Part shown: positions 34,746-49,020 of the stretch, piece by piece
Layout: the number at the start of each line of letters is the position of its first letter
Position numbering within the stretch: the first letter of the stretch is position 1
From: the human T2T-CHM13v2.0 reference genome, Homo sapiens
Assembly: GCF_009914755.1 (NCBI RefSeq)
Contig: NC_060936.1
Reading direction: 5' to 3' (one strand)
DNA: 64,000 nucleotides
The notes under the pieces: generated by a model
Databases searched by the model: none
The model's input: only the letters and a program-made list of their open reading frames with translations
What the model was told of the DNA's origin: nothing
Translations under genes and position numbers: made by a program

Positions 34746-35132
34746 AATGAAGTTTTCTAGCTTGTGTCCACATGAAAGGGACAGAAGGAGATAGAGGGCA
34801 GAGGGGAGATCCTCGTGTCTTGGAGGACATTTGTAGATGTGCATTTTAGTAGATATGTTTGCACCAGTGACTGTGGCACAGAATGGGCAAAGGCAGTGGA
34901 CAAGGGGAGAAAGGAGAACTATAGCTCATGGACTCTCCTATTTCTTTTTTCTCTCAGGACTTGCATAGAACAAGAACTTGAAGGGTCTGAGGTCTAGGAG
35001 AAGAAAGTGGCCCAGAGCCAGCGTTGAAGGAGAATTGCAAACTGCCCAGGACAGGATGAGGTCTGGAGAGAATTTCAGGCCTGGGTTTCTGGGCAGGAGA
35101 GGTATCTGTATGTCTAAAGAGGAGAGAGGTTT

Positions 35133-35484
<352 letters not shown>

Positions 35485-35866
35485 TTAGACCATAGACTGG
35501 CCCTGACCAAGGGCTTGGCATGTGTATTAGGGCACTGTGGGATGTGGCAGCAGAGGGGAAGGCTGTGGAGGATGATGGTAGGGTATGAATTAGAAAATTA
35601 CATGCTGCTTTCCCGAGAGGTTCAAAAATGTATGGGAAGTGGGAAGGGAAGGGGTGTTACAAGGCAGTGAATGATGAAACAAACATAATCAACAGCTTGA
35701 ACAAGGCATTTGGAGTTTTCTGGTTTCCTATGAGGTTCATCCATTGCCCTGAAACGGGTGGAGGTTTTACAAGGAGCCCGAGGCTGCCCCATTGCTTCTA
35801 AGCTAACCTCTAAGGCTGCAGCTGAGAAGTGCATCTTGAAGAGTGTGCAGATATGCTGCTCTCCTC

Positions 35867-35872
35867 TTTATT
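35867..35872 (-). terminator. Candidate distal polyadenylation signal (AATAAA) for FGF6
   Basis: First canonical minus-strand AATAAA I found downstream of the stop, about 3.1 kb away. No strong GU-rich downstream element is evident. Confidence 0.3.
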
Positions 35873-36415
35873 ATTTGCTCTTGAAGAGAGAATAAAACAG
35901 CCTCTTGGCCCTTGGAACTCCAAGTTTGCATGGAGCTGCCAAAGAAGATTCAGGACGAAAGAGAGGTGAATTAGCTACAAAACTCTATAAACCAGGCTCA
36001 TTGCTCAGCACTTGGGGGATGGAGGGCCCAAGTCTCAGTACATCCTCAGTGGGAAAGTGGGGTACACTCTGGCTCCCCTGCATATAGCAGTGCCTTCTGC
36101 AGCCTTTGGGAGCCAATGGGCCTGACAACTGAATTCAGGACTCAGTGGACATGTGACCAGATAGGAAACAACTCTCCATGCCCGGGCACAGAAACGGAAG
36201 CTGGAGAGAAGGGGCTGAAATGCATCCTGCTGATCTTATTCTGGTCTTGTCCCTTAGCTCACTTCTGTAGATGGGGATTGACTTTTCTTAAGTCTAAGTC
36301 ACTTACAGGAAAACAGAAAGCCCTTGAGAGAATTCCTTTGCATGGGAAGGATTTTAAAGAGTCACCCACACATACCTGCATCCAAAGGTGGTATTCAAAA
36401 TACTTAGCAACCAGC

Positions 36416-36700
<285 letters not shown>

Positions 36701-38999
36701 CCCCCAAATACTTAGCAATTGATACAGCATGGGCCCTGGTACCAGTTAGACAGACACCCAGCCCCTCCTAACCGGTGCGGGTGCAACTGCTATGCAGTGG
36801 CTCAATATCATGCGTGCTTGATCATAGGCATTTCGTAGCTTCTGCTTCCCACTCCTAGCATGAAAAATGAAAGTGGACATTTGGGGAAATGCCTTGCCAG
36901 GATTTGAGCAAGGTTATGATCCTCTAGAGAGATGAAGGACAAGGCTGGCAGCCCAAGGCTTTGGAGACTCTCTTGAAGATGGCTCCTTTCCTGCCACGTG
37001 AGCTGAAAGATCTTGGAAAAAAGGAAAGCATGCTATGGGACCTAAAACTTCCTTCTCCTTTTTTCTCTGGATCACAGTCACGCCGTCCGCCAGCCATCCC
37101 ACATTCCAAGCTCCACTAGGAACTGATATGCACCTCAGGTTTGGAGTGCCTGCATTTCTGATGGACCCTGTTCAAGAGACTGATTGCACTGGACAAGACT
37201 CCCTAAAAAACAGTGGAGAGCTTTATCCCCGCCTCCAAGCAGACCCACACTTCAACATTCCACGGAATCAAGATGGACCAGTTTTCTCCCTTTTCTACAA
37301 CATCCAAGGGTTGGCCATGTGCACACGTGTTCCGAGGCTTCTACAGTCTCTTCCATCTTCATGTACCTGGGTGTGGCCTTTTCTTCCTCACCCAGCACAT
37401 GTCCTCCCTGACATTTGCAGGGCAGAGGAGGTGGCAGGTAAGGTGTCTCCCCCTTCGATTGCCAACCTCCCATCTTCAGCTCAGAATCCCTCAACCCAGA
37501 TCTATCTATAGATGGATGCAACTGCAAATAGCGAGGTATGTTGAAGATGAAGGTATTTGCAACAGATGAAGGATTGTCTTGCAGGCCGGGGCCCCCAAGA
37601 GTCGCAGAGGTCATCAGGTCATTTTGTAACTCCATGGTTCACATATGCCAAAAATATTTGCACTCTGATATGGCTCTCTCTGGTTTCAGATTTAGGAACA
37701 TTCCAATGGTTCAGGAATCTGAAGGCTCCGGGCAGACAACATTTATAGTCACTTGGGGAACCTCTGCTTTAAATATTCTCAAAGGACAGGAGGCAGAAGG
37801 CACTGTGCAGCAAGGAGCTGCTTCAGCTTGGCTGCTTGACTCTGTGGGATTATCACTCCTCTTCTACTGCAGGGAGGAAGAGAGCACAAACTCTGGAGGT
37901 CACGGTGCCCATTCTGCTGCATCCAGGCACAGCGCGTATGTGAGATGAGGATGAGCAAGAAGGAAGTGAGGGTATCAGATGAGAACTTGGGTGCGTTTCT
38001 TGGACATAGTTGGAGAGGAATTACCATCTGTAGTCCAAAGCCTCTCTACTTCCTTCATGCCCTATTTTGTCCCCCTACTCCTCGCCAAAGAGGTTGCCAT
38101 TATTAGGATCCTTGTCATCTGAGGTTAAAATAAGACCAGTTCAAAGTGAGGAAACGTTATGGGCAGGCAGCCTGGCCCCTGCTTGTTCCTGGAGCCATGC
38201 ACAGCCTGAGTTCTCCAGGCAGAGTGGCTCTCCTAGAACATCCAGTCCCTTCTGCTGCCTCCACAAGCCTTCCTCAGCTGCCCTAGATGCTGCTCTACCC
38301 CTTTCCTCCAAGAAGGGAACCGCTTCTCCCCCAGCCTCCCTGACAGTTCATCCCAGTGTCCCCAGAGCCCTCTCTGGCAGGAAGCTTGAAGTGCCTGATC
38401 ACTCTCTTTCTGGTTTGCAGTTCAGCCTCACACCCTCTCACTCTGCCGTCTCTGCACTTTGAGGACAGCTGCTCCCTGCTGACCTATGCAACCCATGTAG
38501 TTAGTGGCCTCTGAATGGAAAGATGATTGGAAAGAGGCAGAATGGGAGCACACATCAATCTTGCTGGTTTGACAAGTGACATTCTTACAGGCAGATTCCT
38601 GCAGCGATGATGCTAGGAGAAAGAAACCTGATGCTTTGAAATGCCATTGCTCTGAGAATGTGTATAAAGCTGTATGGATATACAACAATGCACACAAACT
38701 CCTACCCTGGCCTTTTCCTATGCACATGGTCACATTCCACAAGTGTCACCGATACCTTCTCTCCTCGAGGGAGGTCAGAGCATGGGATAAATTGCCATTC
38801 TAAAATTGCTGATTTTAGCCCTCGTTTGAATGGGCTACATGCCGTGGGGTCCAGTGGCCAAGGAAAACAACTGAGGTCTCCCCAAGCACAGGATAAGCCT
38901 GATTCAGAAGCCATGGAGGGCAAGGGGAATTCTTCGCTGGTGCAAAATTTCAATCGAACAGATGATGCTTTAAATCTGTGAGCCTTCTTTTGTGGGTCC

Positions 39000-39176
39000 T
39001 TAGATCCTGGGAAGGAAATGAGTGACAGTCATGATCGGGGACACCTTGCTGCCCCGCTTTACCCGTCCGTATTTGCTCAGGGCAATGTAGGTCCCTTGGT
39101 ACAAGTCTGACTCGTAGGCATTGTAATTGTTGGGCAGGAGGGTTTCTCTGAACTTGCATTCTTCTTGGAAGCTGGG
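39000..39176 (-). CDS. FGF6: FGF6 coding exon 3 (58 aa plus TAA)
   Basis: Acceptor catgtcttccacag|CCC. Encodes [58 protein letters not shown]. The exons total 346+104+177=627 nt, or 208 aa. Confidence 0.98.
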   Translation of the reverse strand, partial: PSFQEECKFRETLLPNNYNAYESDLYQGTYIALSKYGRVKRGSKVSPIMTVTHFLPRI

Positions 39177-39922
39177 CTGTGGAAGACATGGGCAAACAGC
39201 AGAGACTGGGTTACAAATGAGGAGTGCTGCAGATGCCAGCTGGGCCGCAGAGAGTAGGCCCCTCTGCCAGGTGCCCTTCCCTTCTCTTTGTGAGACAACC
39301 ACCGTGAGGTCTGAGCATCCTGGGTGAACAGAATGGTGAAAGGTTAGGATGGGAAGAGGCTGCAGGCTCTCATGGTTTCCTCTCACCTTCCCTCCTTTAC
39401 GATAAGGAAACCAAGGCCCAGGGACACAGGGGATGGTCTGTGCCACATGGGGTAGAGCTGAGGCTCTACCACTCAGGTGTCCTGACTTCCAGAGTAGTTT
39501 CTACTAAGTCCCTAGATGGTAACTTATTCCATTCAAAGAACAGACCAGGAAATGACACAAGCTGTTTTCTCAAGTCCACTCTGAGAGGGAGTCTACTGGA
39601 GCAGGGATGAGAGCTCAGGGTGCTATTTCGTGACTTTTCTACTTCCTAATTGTGTGACCTTGGGCAGGTTCCTCCCCTTGCAGCCTCAGTTCTCTTTTCT
39701 GCAGACTGTGTGTGGTGGGGGAAGAAGGAGAGAGGCGGTTGGTGGAGGGGGAGGAGACACAAGTGATCTCTTAAGCCCTTTCCAGCACTGCCTGTCTCTT
39801 TGTTTCTGCTTGTGGTTCCTCAGTCTGTCTTTCCTGGTTTAAGTCTCAAGTTTTCTATCCCTCAAAAAGGCCCATTCTCAGTTTTGACTTTGAGTCTAGA
39901 AGAGGTCTGGTACCTCCTAGAC

Positions 39923-40317
39923 CAGGGGTCCCCGACCCCCAGGCTGCAGACCCATACCAGTCAGCGGCCCATACCCGTGCGGGACCTGGGCTGTACAGCA
40001 GGAGGTGAGCGGTGGGTGAGCGAAGCTTCATTTGTTTTCCAGCCACTCCCTATTGCCTGCAAGACCACCTGAGCTCCACCTCCTGTCAGATCAGCAGTGG
40101 CATTAGATTCTCATAGGAGCAAGAACCCTGTTGTGAACTTTGCATGTGAGGGATCTGGGTTGCCTGCTCCTTCTGAGAATCTAACTAATGCCTGATGATC
40201 TGAGGTGGAACAGTTTCATCCCCAAACCGTCCCCCCATGTCCCCATCACTCACCCTGTCCATGGAAATAGTCTTCCATGAAACTGGTCCCTGGTGCCAAA
40301 AAGGCTGGGGACTGCTG
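39923..40317 (+). mobile_element. MER1B hAT-Charlie MITE in FGF6 intron 2
   Basis: TIRs caggggtcccc...ggggactgctg. 8-bp TSD tcctagac/tccaagac. Confidence 0.88.
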
Positions 40318-40498
40318 TCCAAGACAATCATAGTTCTCCAGGGACATGCAGGAACAGAAATGGTGAGGAGCAGGAATTTTTATGGGGAAAAGGACCTGGT
40401 TCCCAATGTGACAGGTGAGGCCAAGGAGCCTGGGACCAACAAAAAAATGGCCCTTTCCATGCTAATTTTGTAGAGTGTGTGTGGACCACCTGTTCAGA

Positions 40499-40567
40499 AC
40501 ATGAACGCTGGACTTCCTGTCACATGAACACTGGACTTCCTGTCACATGAACGCTGGACTTCCTGTC
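40499..40567 (+). repeat. Tandem repeat, 3 x 23 bp (ACATGAACRCTGGACTTCCTGTC)
   Basis: Direct reading. Units start at 40499, 40522 and 40545. Confidence 0.92.
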
Positions 40568-41123
40568 TCGCATGCACAGATTCATTCCCAGTACATCACC
40601 CCAAGTCCTCCTCTTTCCTCTGCAACCTGCCTGGGTGGCTGCCCTAAGGGAGTATGCGGGGATTTCCTGCTCTTGTGGGGAAACAGCTGGGTCGGGGCTA
40701 GAAGAACAGAGAGCGAGGTGGGAGCCAGAGACCCGGGATCTACTCTTGAAAAGAAATATAGAATGAGAAATGGATGGAGGATAACTTCTGACTCCTTCTT
40801 GCTTGAGTATAAAAAAAAACCCGCTCGATGGCTACTGGGCTGTGCCAGAGGTGTCCTCTGACCTTCTGTAAAGGAATCGTACTGCTAGTGTCCCATCTTG
40901 CTGGCAGTGTAGCTGGACGAGAACCTCTTGCTGTTCTGAAGGGCTGGTTAGTAGCTTGCTCCTCAGGGCCCCAAGACTCCCAGAGCCCTTTCAGTGGACC
41001 TCTCTGGCAACATTTAGAACAGCCATACTTTCTTTCCCAATAGACTCCAAGATCCCTGAGATGAGGACTGTGTCTTGCTTGGTACATGATGCTGAGTGGA
41101 TGGTGGTTTAATAGCGACAACAT

Positions 41124-41423
41124 GGCTGGTTTCAGTGGCTCACACCTGTAATCCAGTACTTTGGGAGGCCAAGGCAGGAGGATCACTTGAGCCCAGGAGT
41201 TTGAGAGGAACCTAGGCAACATAGCAAGACCTTGTCTCTACAAAAGCTTAAAAAAAAAAAAAGGCAGGTATGATGGCGCATGCCTGTAGTCCCAGCTACT
41301 CTGGAGGCTGAGGTGGGAGAACCGCTTGAGGTCGAGGCTGCAGTGAGCCATGATTGCTCCGCCGCACTCCAGCCTGGGTGACAGAGTGAGGCCCTGTCTC
41401 AAGAATAAATAAATAAGTAAATA
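41124..41423 (+). mobile_element. AluJ-type
   Basis: gaggatcacttgagcccagg...gaggtcgaggctgcagtgagccatgatt. Confidence 0.9.
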
Positions 41424-42369
41424 AGGACAGCACAGAAACATAAGGAGACCCCTGCATGGGTGGCTCTTTCAATGTGATGTGAGCGTGGGTGAGGGGACAG
41501 CCTTGCCTATGGGAACACGGTGAAACTGCCCTCATATGTTTTCCCCATCTTCTTCTCTCATGCTTGCAGCTTATTTACAAAGCACTTTCACTGATGTTAA
41601 CTTGCTTGAGATAAATGTGAAGGCGTTCACTAGCCATGTCAACAGGTTAATGCCACACCGGGGGGTGGGTTTTTCATAAGCTTTCCTGTTTTCCTCGTTA
41701 GGATGCTCAGTGAATATTTGTGGAATGGATGAATGAAGGGATGTCTTAAAGGTAAAAAGGATGAACTAATCAATGTAGGTCAAGAACATATTTGTGCCAC
41801 AGCTTTAAGGTTAGACTGATGACAATAGCCTCTTAGCTACGTGAGCCTGGGGAAATCATTTAACCTCTAAAGCTTCAATTCCCTCATCTGTGAAGTAAGA
41901 ACAGTAAGAAAAATTGTGTCATAGAACTGGAGTAAGCATTAATTGAAATTATGCATGGAAAGTCCTGGGAACAATGCTTGCTATACAGTAGAATTAAAAA
42001 CAAATTAGTAGTACTAGTATTCTTCTCCAAGTAAATAATGAACTACTTTACATTAAAAGCCTCGAAAGACTGCCTTACCCTGGATCACCAGTCCCATAAG
42101 ACTTGCTGGGGGTTACTGGACAATTTAGCTTTTAAGCTCTGCGGTTTTTGATGGAGTGCCTGGGAGACAGTAAGCTTGCATGGAAGAGCAGGAAGCCAGA
42201 GGAAGGGCAGAGGCTGACGCTGGCTCTGAACCAAGACCCCTCATTAGGAGCCTCTCTGGACCCTGGTTTCCTGCCCTGTGCACAGGACTTCAGTCGTTGG
42301 TGGGCAAGCTTGGGAGCAGCAGCACCAGGAAAAATTCAGCTCAGAACTGATTGAAACATTCCAAGTAAA

Positions 42370-43900
<1,531 letters not shown>

Positions 43901-45661
43901 CCTTAAAACATGTTCCTGTGTTACCTAGTCAAGTACGTAAATTATTTAAAGTGGGAAGGGAATTTAGGGTAGCAAATGGGCCAGGAAACGAAGCGAGAAA
44001 ACATTTTGATCAGAAACTGGTGGTCTCCTTCTTGTTGGGTCACGGCCCCTCTCCACCCACCAGCCTCCCCCCTGTTCTAACTTTGTATGTCCCTGGAGAG
44101 TAACCCGCCCAGTCAGTTCCAGAGAATTTATTTCTGATCTGGATGGTGGTTAAGGGAGAGGTTTCGTGTGTTGTTTGCAAGCTCTAGTGAGGAAATGAAA
44201 TCTTGAGGTGGAGGAAGGGGAAGTGGGAGGAACTGAGTGACTTGGACAAGAAACTCTCAAGCCATTGCCCACTTCCCCGTGCCTAGAATGTGCCCATTTG
44301 AGAACCCAGCCTCTCCTAAACATCTGGATCTCCTAAAACATGATTGTTTAAGCATGCATGACCATGGATGCGTAGATTGTACTTTGCTTCTCTGGTCATT
44401 CGATTTTGGATCATTCAAATCCACTCCCCCTCAACATACACACTTTTTTTTTTTCTGTTTCTATTTTTTTTTCAAGTTTACTACTTTTTTTTCTTTCCAT
44501 TCTGCCCTTTTCTCTAGCCTGTCTCATATCCCTGGCCTTCCCCAGAATCCTGTACAAAACTAAAGTGAAAAAAGACAACTAGTAGAGGAAGCTTGTGTTA
44601 GAAGCCCTAACCTTCCCCTTGCTGCTCTCTCTCCTCCGCCCTCAGCACCCACATCTGTGGGGTTTGGAAGGCCAGGAGGCCTGTGGCATGAAGGAGAGAT
44701 AGTGCATTTTTTCTGAATGCTTCAGGCTGATGGGATTTTCCCGATGCCCAGAGTGATGCTCAAGACCCAGCCCCTTAATTCATCTTCATCAGAGCCCTGA
44801 GCTTTGAGTTCTCATGGCTTGGGAATGTTGGCCCCTCAGCTCTGGTGAAGAACGCACTCGAGCCAAGTGAACGCCATGTTCATAAAAGCAGCTACTGTAT
44901 ATGATTACTTGAATAAATGAAAATCATTCCACTGGGTCACATTTCCTGGGCCTGCCAGGCTCAAGCCCCAGCATGAAAATATCTTCAATTTGATGTAGGT
45001 CTATTCAGACTTATGTGCATTTGGCACTCACTATGGAGAAGGGCATTTCTCAGAGGAGCAAGCATATCCATGGGGTAGAGGTGCCTCCAAAGTGTGAGGT
45101 GGACAAGACAGCCACCCTCTCGCCTTTAGAGCTAAGTCACTTGGACCAACGAGGATCTAATCCTGCTTTTAAACATCTTCACCCTGTGACCGCTGGGGCC
45201 ATTTGTCCCTGTTCCTCCTGGCAGTGTGTGTTGGATGGAGAAGGATGGGGTGGAAGGATGTGGGCAAGAAGGAAAAATAAACCAATTCTTTGTCCTAAGA
45301 CTTTCTTCTGTAGCCCCTGACTGCTTCTTTTCCTGTCTTTAGCTGAAATATCATCAGCTCTGAAGATGCCTGCATTTTCCAACCCTTTTTCCTAGCACAC
45401 AATTGAACTGTTGATTTAGGAATGTTGGAAAGTGTTTTCATCAGGTGTTTCATTCTTCTCACTCCAGTGCAGCTCTTTGTAGCAGGCGGGGATTTGTATG
45501 CAGAGCCTCAGGCCCTGCATAAGGGCATGCACCTCCCGCTGCTCTCCAGCCCCATCTCCCAGCACTTCCTCATGGTGGGTGTCCTTCATCCCATTCCCTC
45601 AGGAGTGCTGTTTTCTGCTACAGTGGCAGCTGAGCCAAGGCAAGGCTGGTCCTCCCAGCCT

Positions 45662-45749
45662 TGTAATGCCCCAGATAATAATGTAATGCCCCAGATAATA
45701 ATGCAATGCCCCAGATAATAATGCCCCAATGTAATGCCCCAGATAATAA
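45662..45749 (+). repeat. Tandem repeat, about 4.4 x 20 bp (TGTAATGCCCCAGATAATAA)
   Basis: Units at 45662, 45682 and 45702, a partial unit at 45722, and a full unit at 45730. Confidence 0.92.
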
Positions 45750-47669
45750 TCAAAGGTCTCTGGAGGAAATCAATTTTGTCCTTTGCACATTGTCATACTG
45801 TTGACGAAAAGCATGTAAATGCGGCTCTTCTTAGTAAAACTGAAATCACTTGAAAGCACGACCGAATTGCTGGTATCTTTTTACTAGTATATATTTTTCT
45901 CAACCAAAGGATTCTAATAGAACCACTGTCAGGTGGAGATCCTTGATATTTTGTTTTCTGAATTTCAAAGGGGACCAAGGGGGCTAGAATTCACTGATTT
46001 CTGCCTCATCCTCAGAGAGCAGAGATCCAGGCCCAGAGAAGTTCAGTGACGTTGCCCAAAGTAAGACGAGTAGCTGGAGGGTAGGTTGGCCAGGAACTGG
46101 AACTCGGGTCGCGGAGCCCTGAGACGGGGCTGCACACAGCTGTGGCTGGACGTGTGACCCTGGAGACCGGGTGTCCGCAGCTGCACAGGGAGGATGAAGA
46201 TCAAATGCACCTCCTAGGGGTGCTGTGAGATCATGCTCGTGAAGCCCTCTGCAGCCTGTGAATCCGAGCACAAGCAGTAGGCTAGTGCTCAGGGCAGGGC
46301 AGCTGTTTATATTGTCTAAAGGGGGGCCTGGCAAACTGCCCTGAGCCTCCACACCCCTCTTTCCAGGAGACAGACATGTGTGAAGCCACTTCTAGCCAGG
46401 TTTCCTTGGCCCTTGTTCTCTGCCCACGAGTCGTTGCCTTGTCCCCCTCACCAACACCTCAGCCCCAGCCCAGTTTCCCTCCCCCACCCATGAGAAATCC
46501 CATGAACTGGCAGTAGCAGCTGAGCCTGGGAGATGAGGCAGCTCCGGGGGCTTAAAAGGAAATAGTGTGAATGAAATCATCACCCAGCAGGAGTCTTCCT
46601 GGCTCCGGGGATCAGTTGGCAATTGTTTTTTTAGACTGTGATAACGGCCTCTGAGGGGCGGAGAGGGAGGGGTAGAAGTTGCTCAGGAGCATCTGGTCCT
46701 GAGCCACACAAAACGTCAGGTGCCCCAGGCTTGGGGCACAGCTGTCCAGCCCCACTCTCTGTGTGCAGGCCCGGCTGGCCCTGAGGTCCAGGGAGGAGAA
46801 TCTCCCTCCCTGGAGAAGATGCTCTTTGGCCAAATGCTACTGAGGGTGAAGGTAGGAGGGGTGGGAGGGTGGAGGTGAAGGGCGCCGGGTCTTTTCCCAG
46901 AAGTCTTCCTTTCTCCTGGACTCTGCTTGTTTAGTAAGCCCAGCAGTTCATCAACCTGCCTAACCCCCTTTGAAGTCATCAGCCAGTAACGGTGCTGCAG
47001 AGTGAGGGCTGGGGGTGGGGTGGTGGGTTTCAGGCATTAGGAGTCAGCCTCCTTTCCTTTTTGCTATTCTGAATGCTCTTCCCCGCTTTGTGGCGCTTTC
47101 TCTGATGGTTAAATCGTATATTCCCTTCCCGAGCCTTTCCCAGCTTCTCCTTCCAGGGCCAAGAGATTGAAAGTGGGAAGTGGGTAAATTTCCTCTATAT
47201 TTGTGCATTTTCTCCTCCCCACAATTAAATTCCTTTCTGGGTAGGAAGAAAAAAGTAATAAATGGTTTGTTGATAAAGGCGACAAGGAGAAAGAAGAGTT
47301 TATGAAATTTGTGCTTTCTCCCAGGAGATTTACTTGCTAAAACGTCCCTTGCTTGCATGGAGTCCCACAGCCAACAGCCTAAATTCCCGGCTCTCCTGAC
47401 CCTATGGGCTTCCGGGCATTATGCAGGCTGGAAAGAAGGGGTTCTTTGGGATGCCCCACCCTACAGAGGGGAAACCTGCTCCATCAAAACCTGGGTTGGT
47501 CCCAGGCCTCTTCCTGTCCTCTCCATCACTTTCCCAGAGAGCGGTAACAAGGATATGTCTCTTCTGTCTCATCTCACTCGCCCTCCAGCTTTCAGGTTCA
47601 GTGTAACATGGGGAGTGGGTGGTCCCCTGCCCTCCAGAGGCCATGTAGCCTGCTGACCCCCAAGCCTGC

Positions 47670-47830
47670 GTGTTCCTCAGAAACACCTGGCAAATTTAAA
47701 ATACAAAAACAAATGGATTTCCAGGCCCACATGCCAGCTCTGCTGAATAAGAATCTCCTAGGTAGGTACCTGGAAATCCATACTTTTAATAAGTTTCCAA
47801 GGTGACAGAGATGCAAACTGTCCACAGACC
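47670..47830. mobile_element. MER5-type MITE
   Basis: tcagaaacacctgg...aagaatctc...tccatacttttaataagtttccaaggtga. Confidence 0.55.
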
Positions 47831-48916
47831 CGTGTGGGAGACCCACTGATTGTAGTGCATGCCGTATGTCCACATAAACCAACCCAGACTGAGAGATGTT
47901 AGCACTAAAGATTATGGGGTGGAGGCCACCTGGTGAACCCGTTCTTGTATTTCATAGACCTCCTCTGTTGGGACAGCTCCCCTGGGACCCAGTGCCAGTC
48001 CTGGATCTATTTCTTCACATCCCAGTCCTCAGTTTATCCTCCAAGGGGCAGTAGATCAGCTCTCCACACCCTCCCCATAAATAACTTTGATATTTTTTGA
48101 GGCCTGCTCTGAGGTCTTCCTTTTTAGCTTGCTTATTTCTGTCAAAGGAACTCTCCATTTCTTCAGCCTCATCGGGATGTTTGCCCCGCCATATTTTGGA
48201 ATAAGCCAAATGATGGGCCGAGGGCTGCAGGAAAGAGTAGGTCAGTGAGAGCAGAGGTTTTCGTCAATGTGCTTAGAAGCTGGTTGCATTAACCCAAGTG
48301 CCAGCATTGGCACTCCCAGAGGTGACCTATGGGGGTGGGGATGGGAATGGGTGGGACTGGTACCAGCCTAAAGTGTATAACGGGTAGGCTGCTTCTCTAG
48401 CGTACGTGATCGGAGACCAGAGGATTGAAAACCCTAGTGCAGAATCTCAGCACACTGATGAGGATGAAAATAGCCTCCCATTCCACTCCTCCTGCTGCGC
48501 ACGAGGCTGGGGCGTCTTGCAGGGCGCGTGTCATGGAGCAGCGCACCCAGGCAGAGAGACAGACTTGCTCTCGGGGCCTCGCCAGTGCAGGGAATCACAC
48601 CTGCTCACAAGCCTGGATGCCAGAATGTGGGTTTCCCTCTGGCCCACGGGCTCCCTGAGCTGTGGTTTCCGTTTAAGCACACGGGCTCCGGCCGGCAGGT
48701 GGGAACAGAAGAAGCACGGGCCAGGGCAGAGGACAATCACCCGTGAGGCTGAAGAAGCACAAGCTGCAAGGCCCCTCCCTTTCACAGGCTCCTCTCACAG
48801 CCTTTCCTTTCCCATTTAGATAGTCACTTCTCTACTCAGGACTTCATATTATTTTCTTCAACTGTGTAAGCATCAAGCCTTGTAAACCTGGCACTTCCCC
48901 GGCCTGGTGAACTCAC

Positions 48917-49020
48917 CGTTGCGTACAATCTTCCTTTACTGTTCATGGCGACGAAGAGGGCACTTCTCACTCCAAAGAGACTCACCACGCCTCGCTCCAC
49001 GGTGGAAATTTCCAGCAGGC
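48917..49020 (-). CDS. FGF6: FGF6 coding exon 2 (104 nt)
   Basis: Acceptor ccccctttccttgtcag|G and donor ACG|GTGAGT. Encodes SLLEISTVERGVVSLFGVRSALFVAMNSKGRLYAT. A 104-nt middle exon is typical of canonical FGFs and the phase matches exon 1. Confidence 0.98.

Noticed and set aside
37035-38462. Plus-strand ORFs of 118-158 aa antisense to the putative FGF6 3' UTR
   Set aside because: No recognisable domain or splice structure, and the lengths are plausible by chance in GC-moderate DNA.
39177-39446. N-terminal part of the 148-aa ORF 39000-39446
   Set aside because: It is open intronic (partly MIR) sequence upstream of the exon 3 acceptor. FGF homology starts only at PSFQ.
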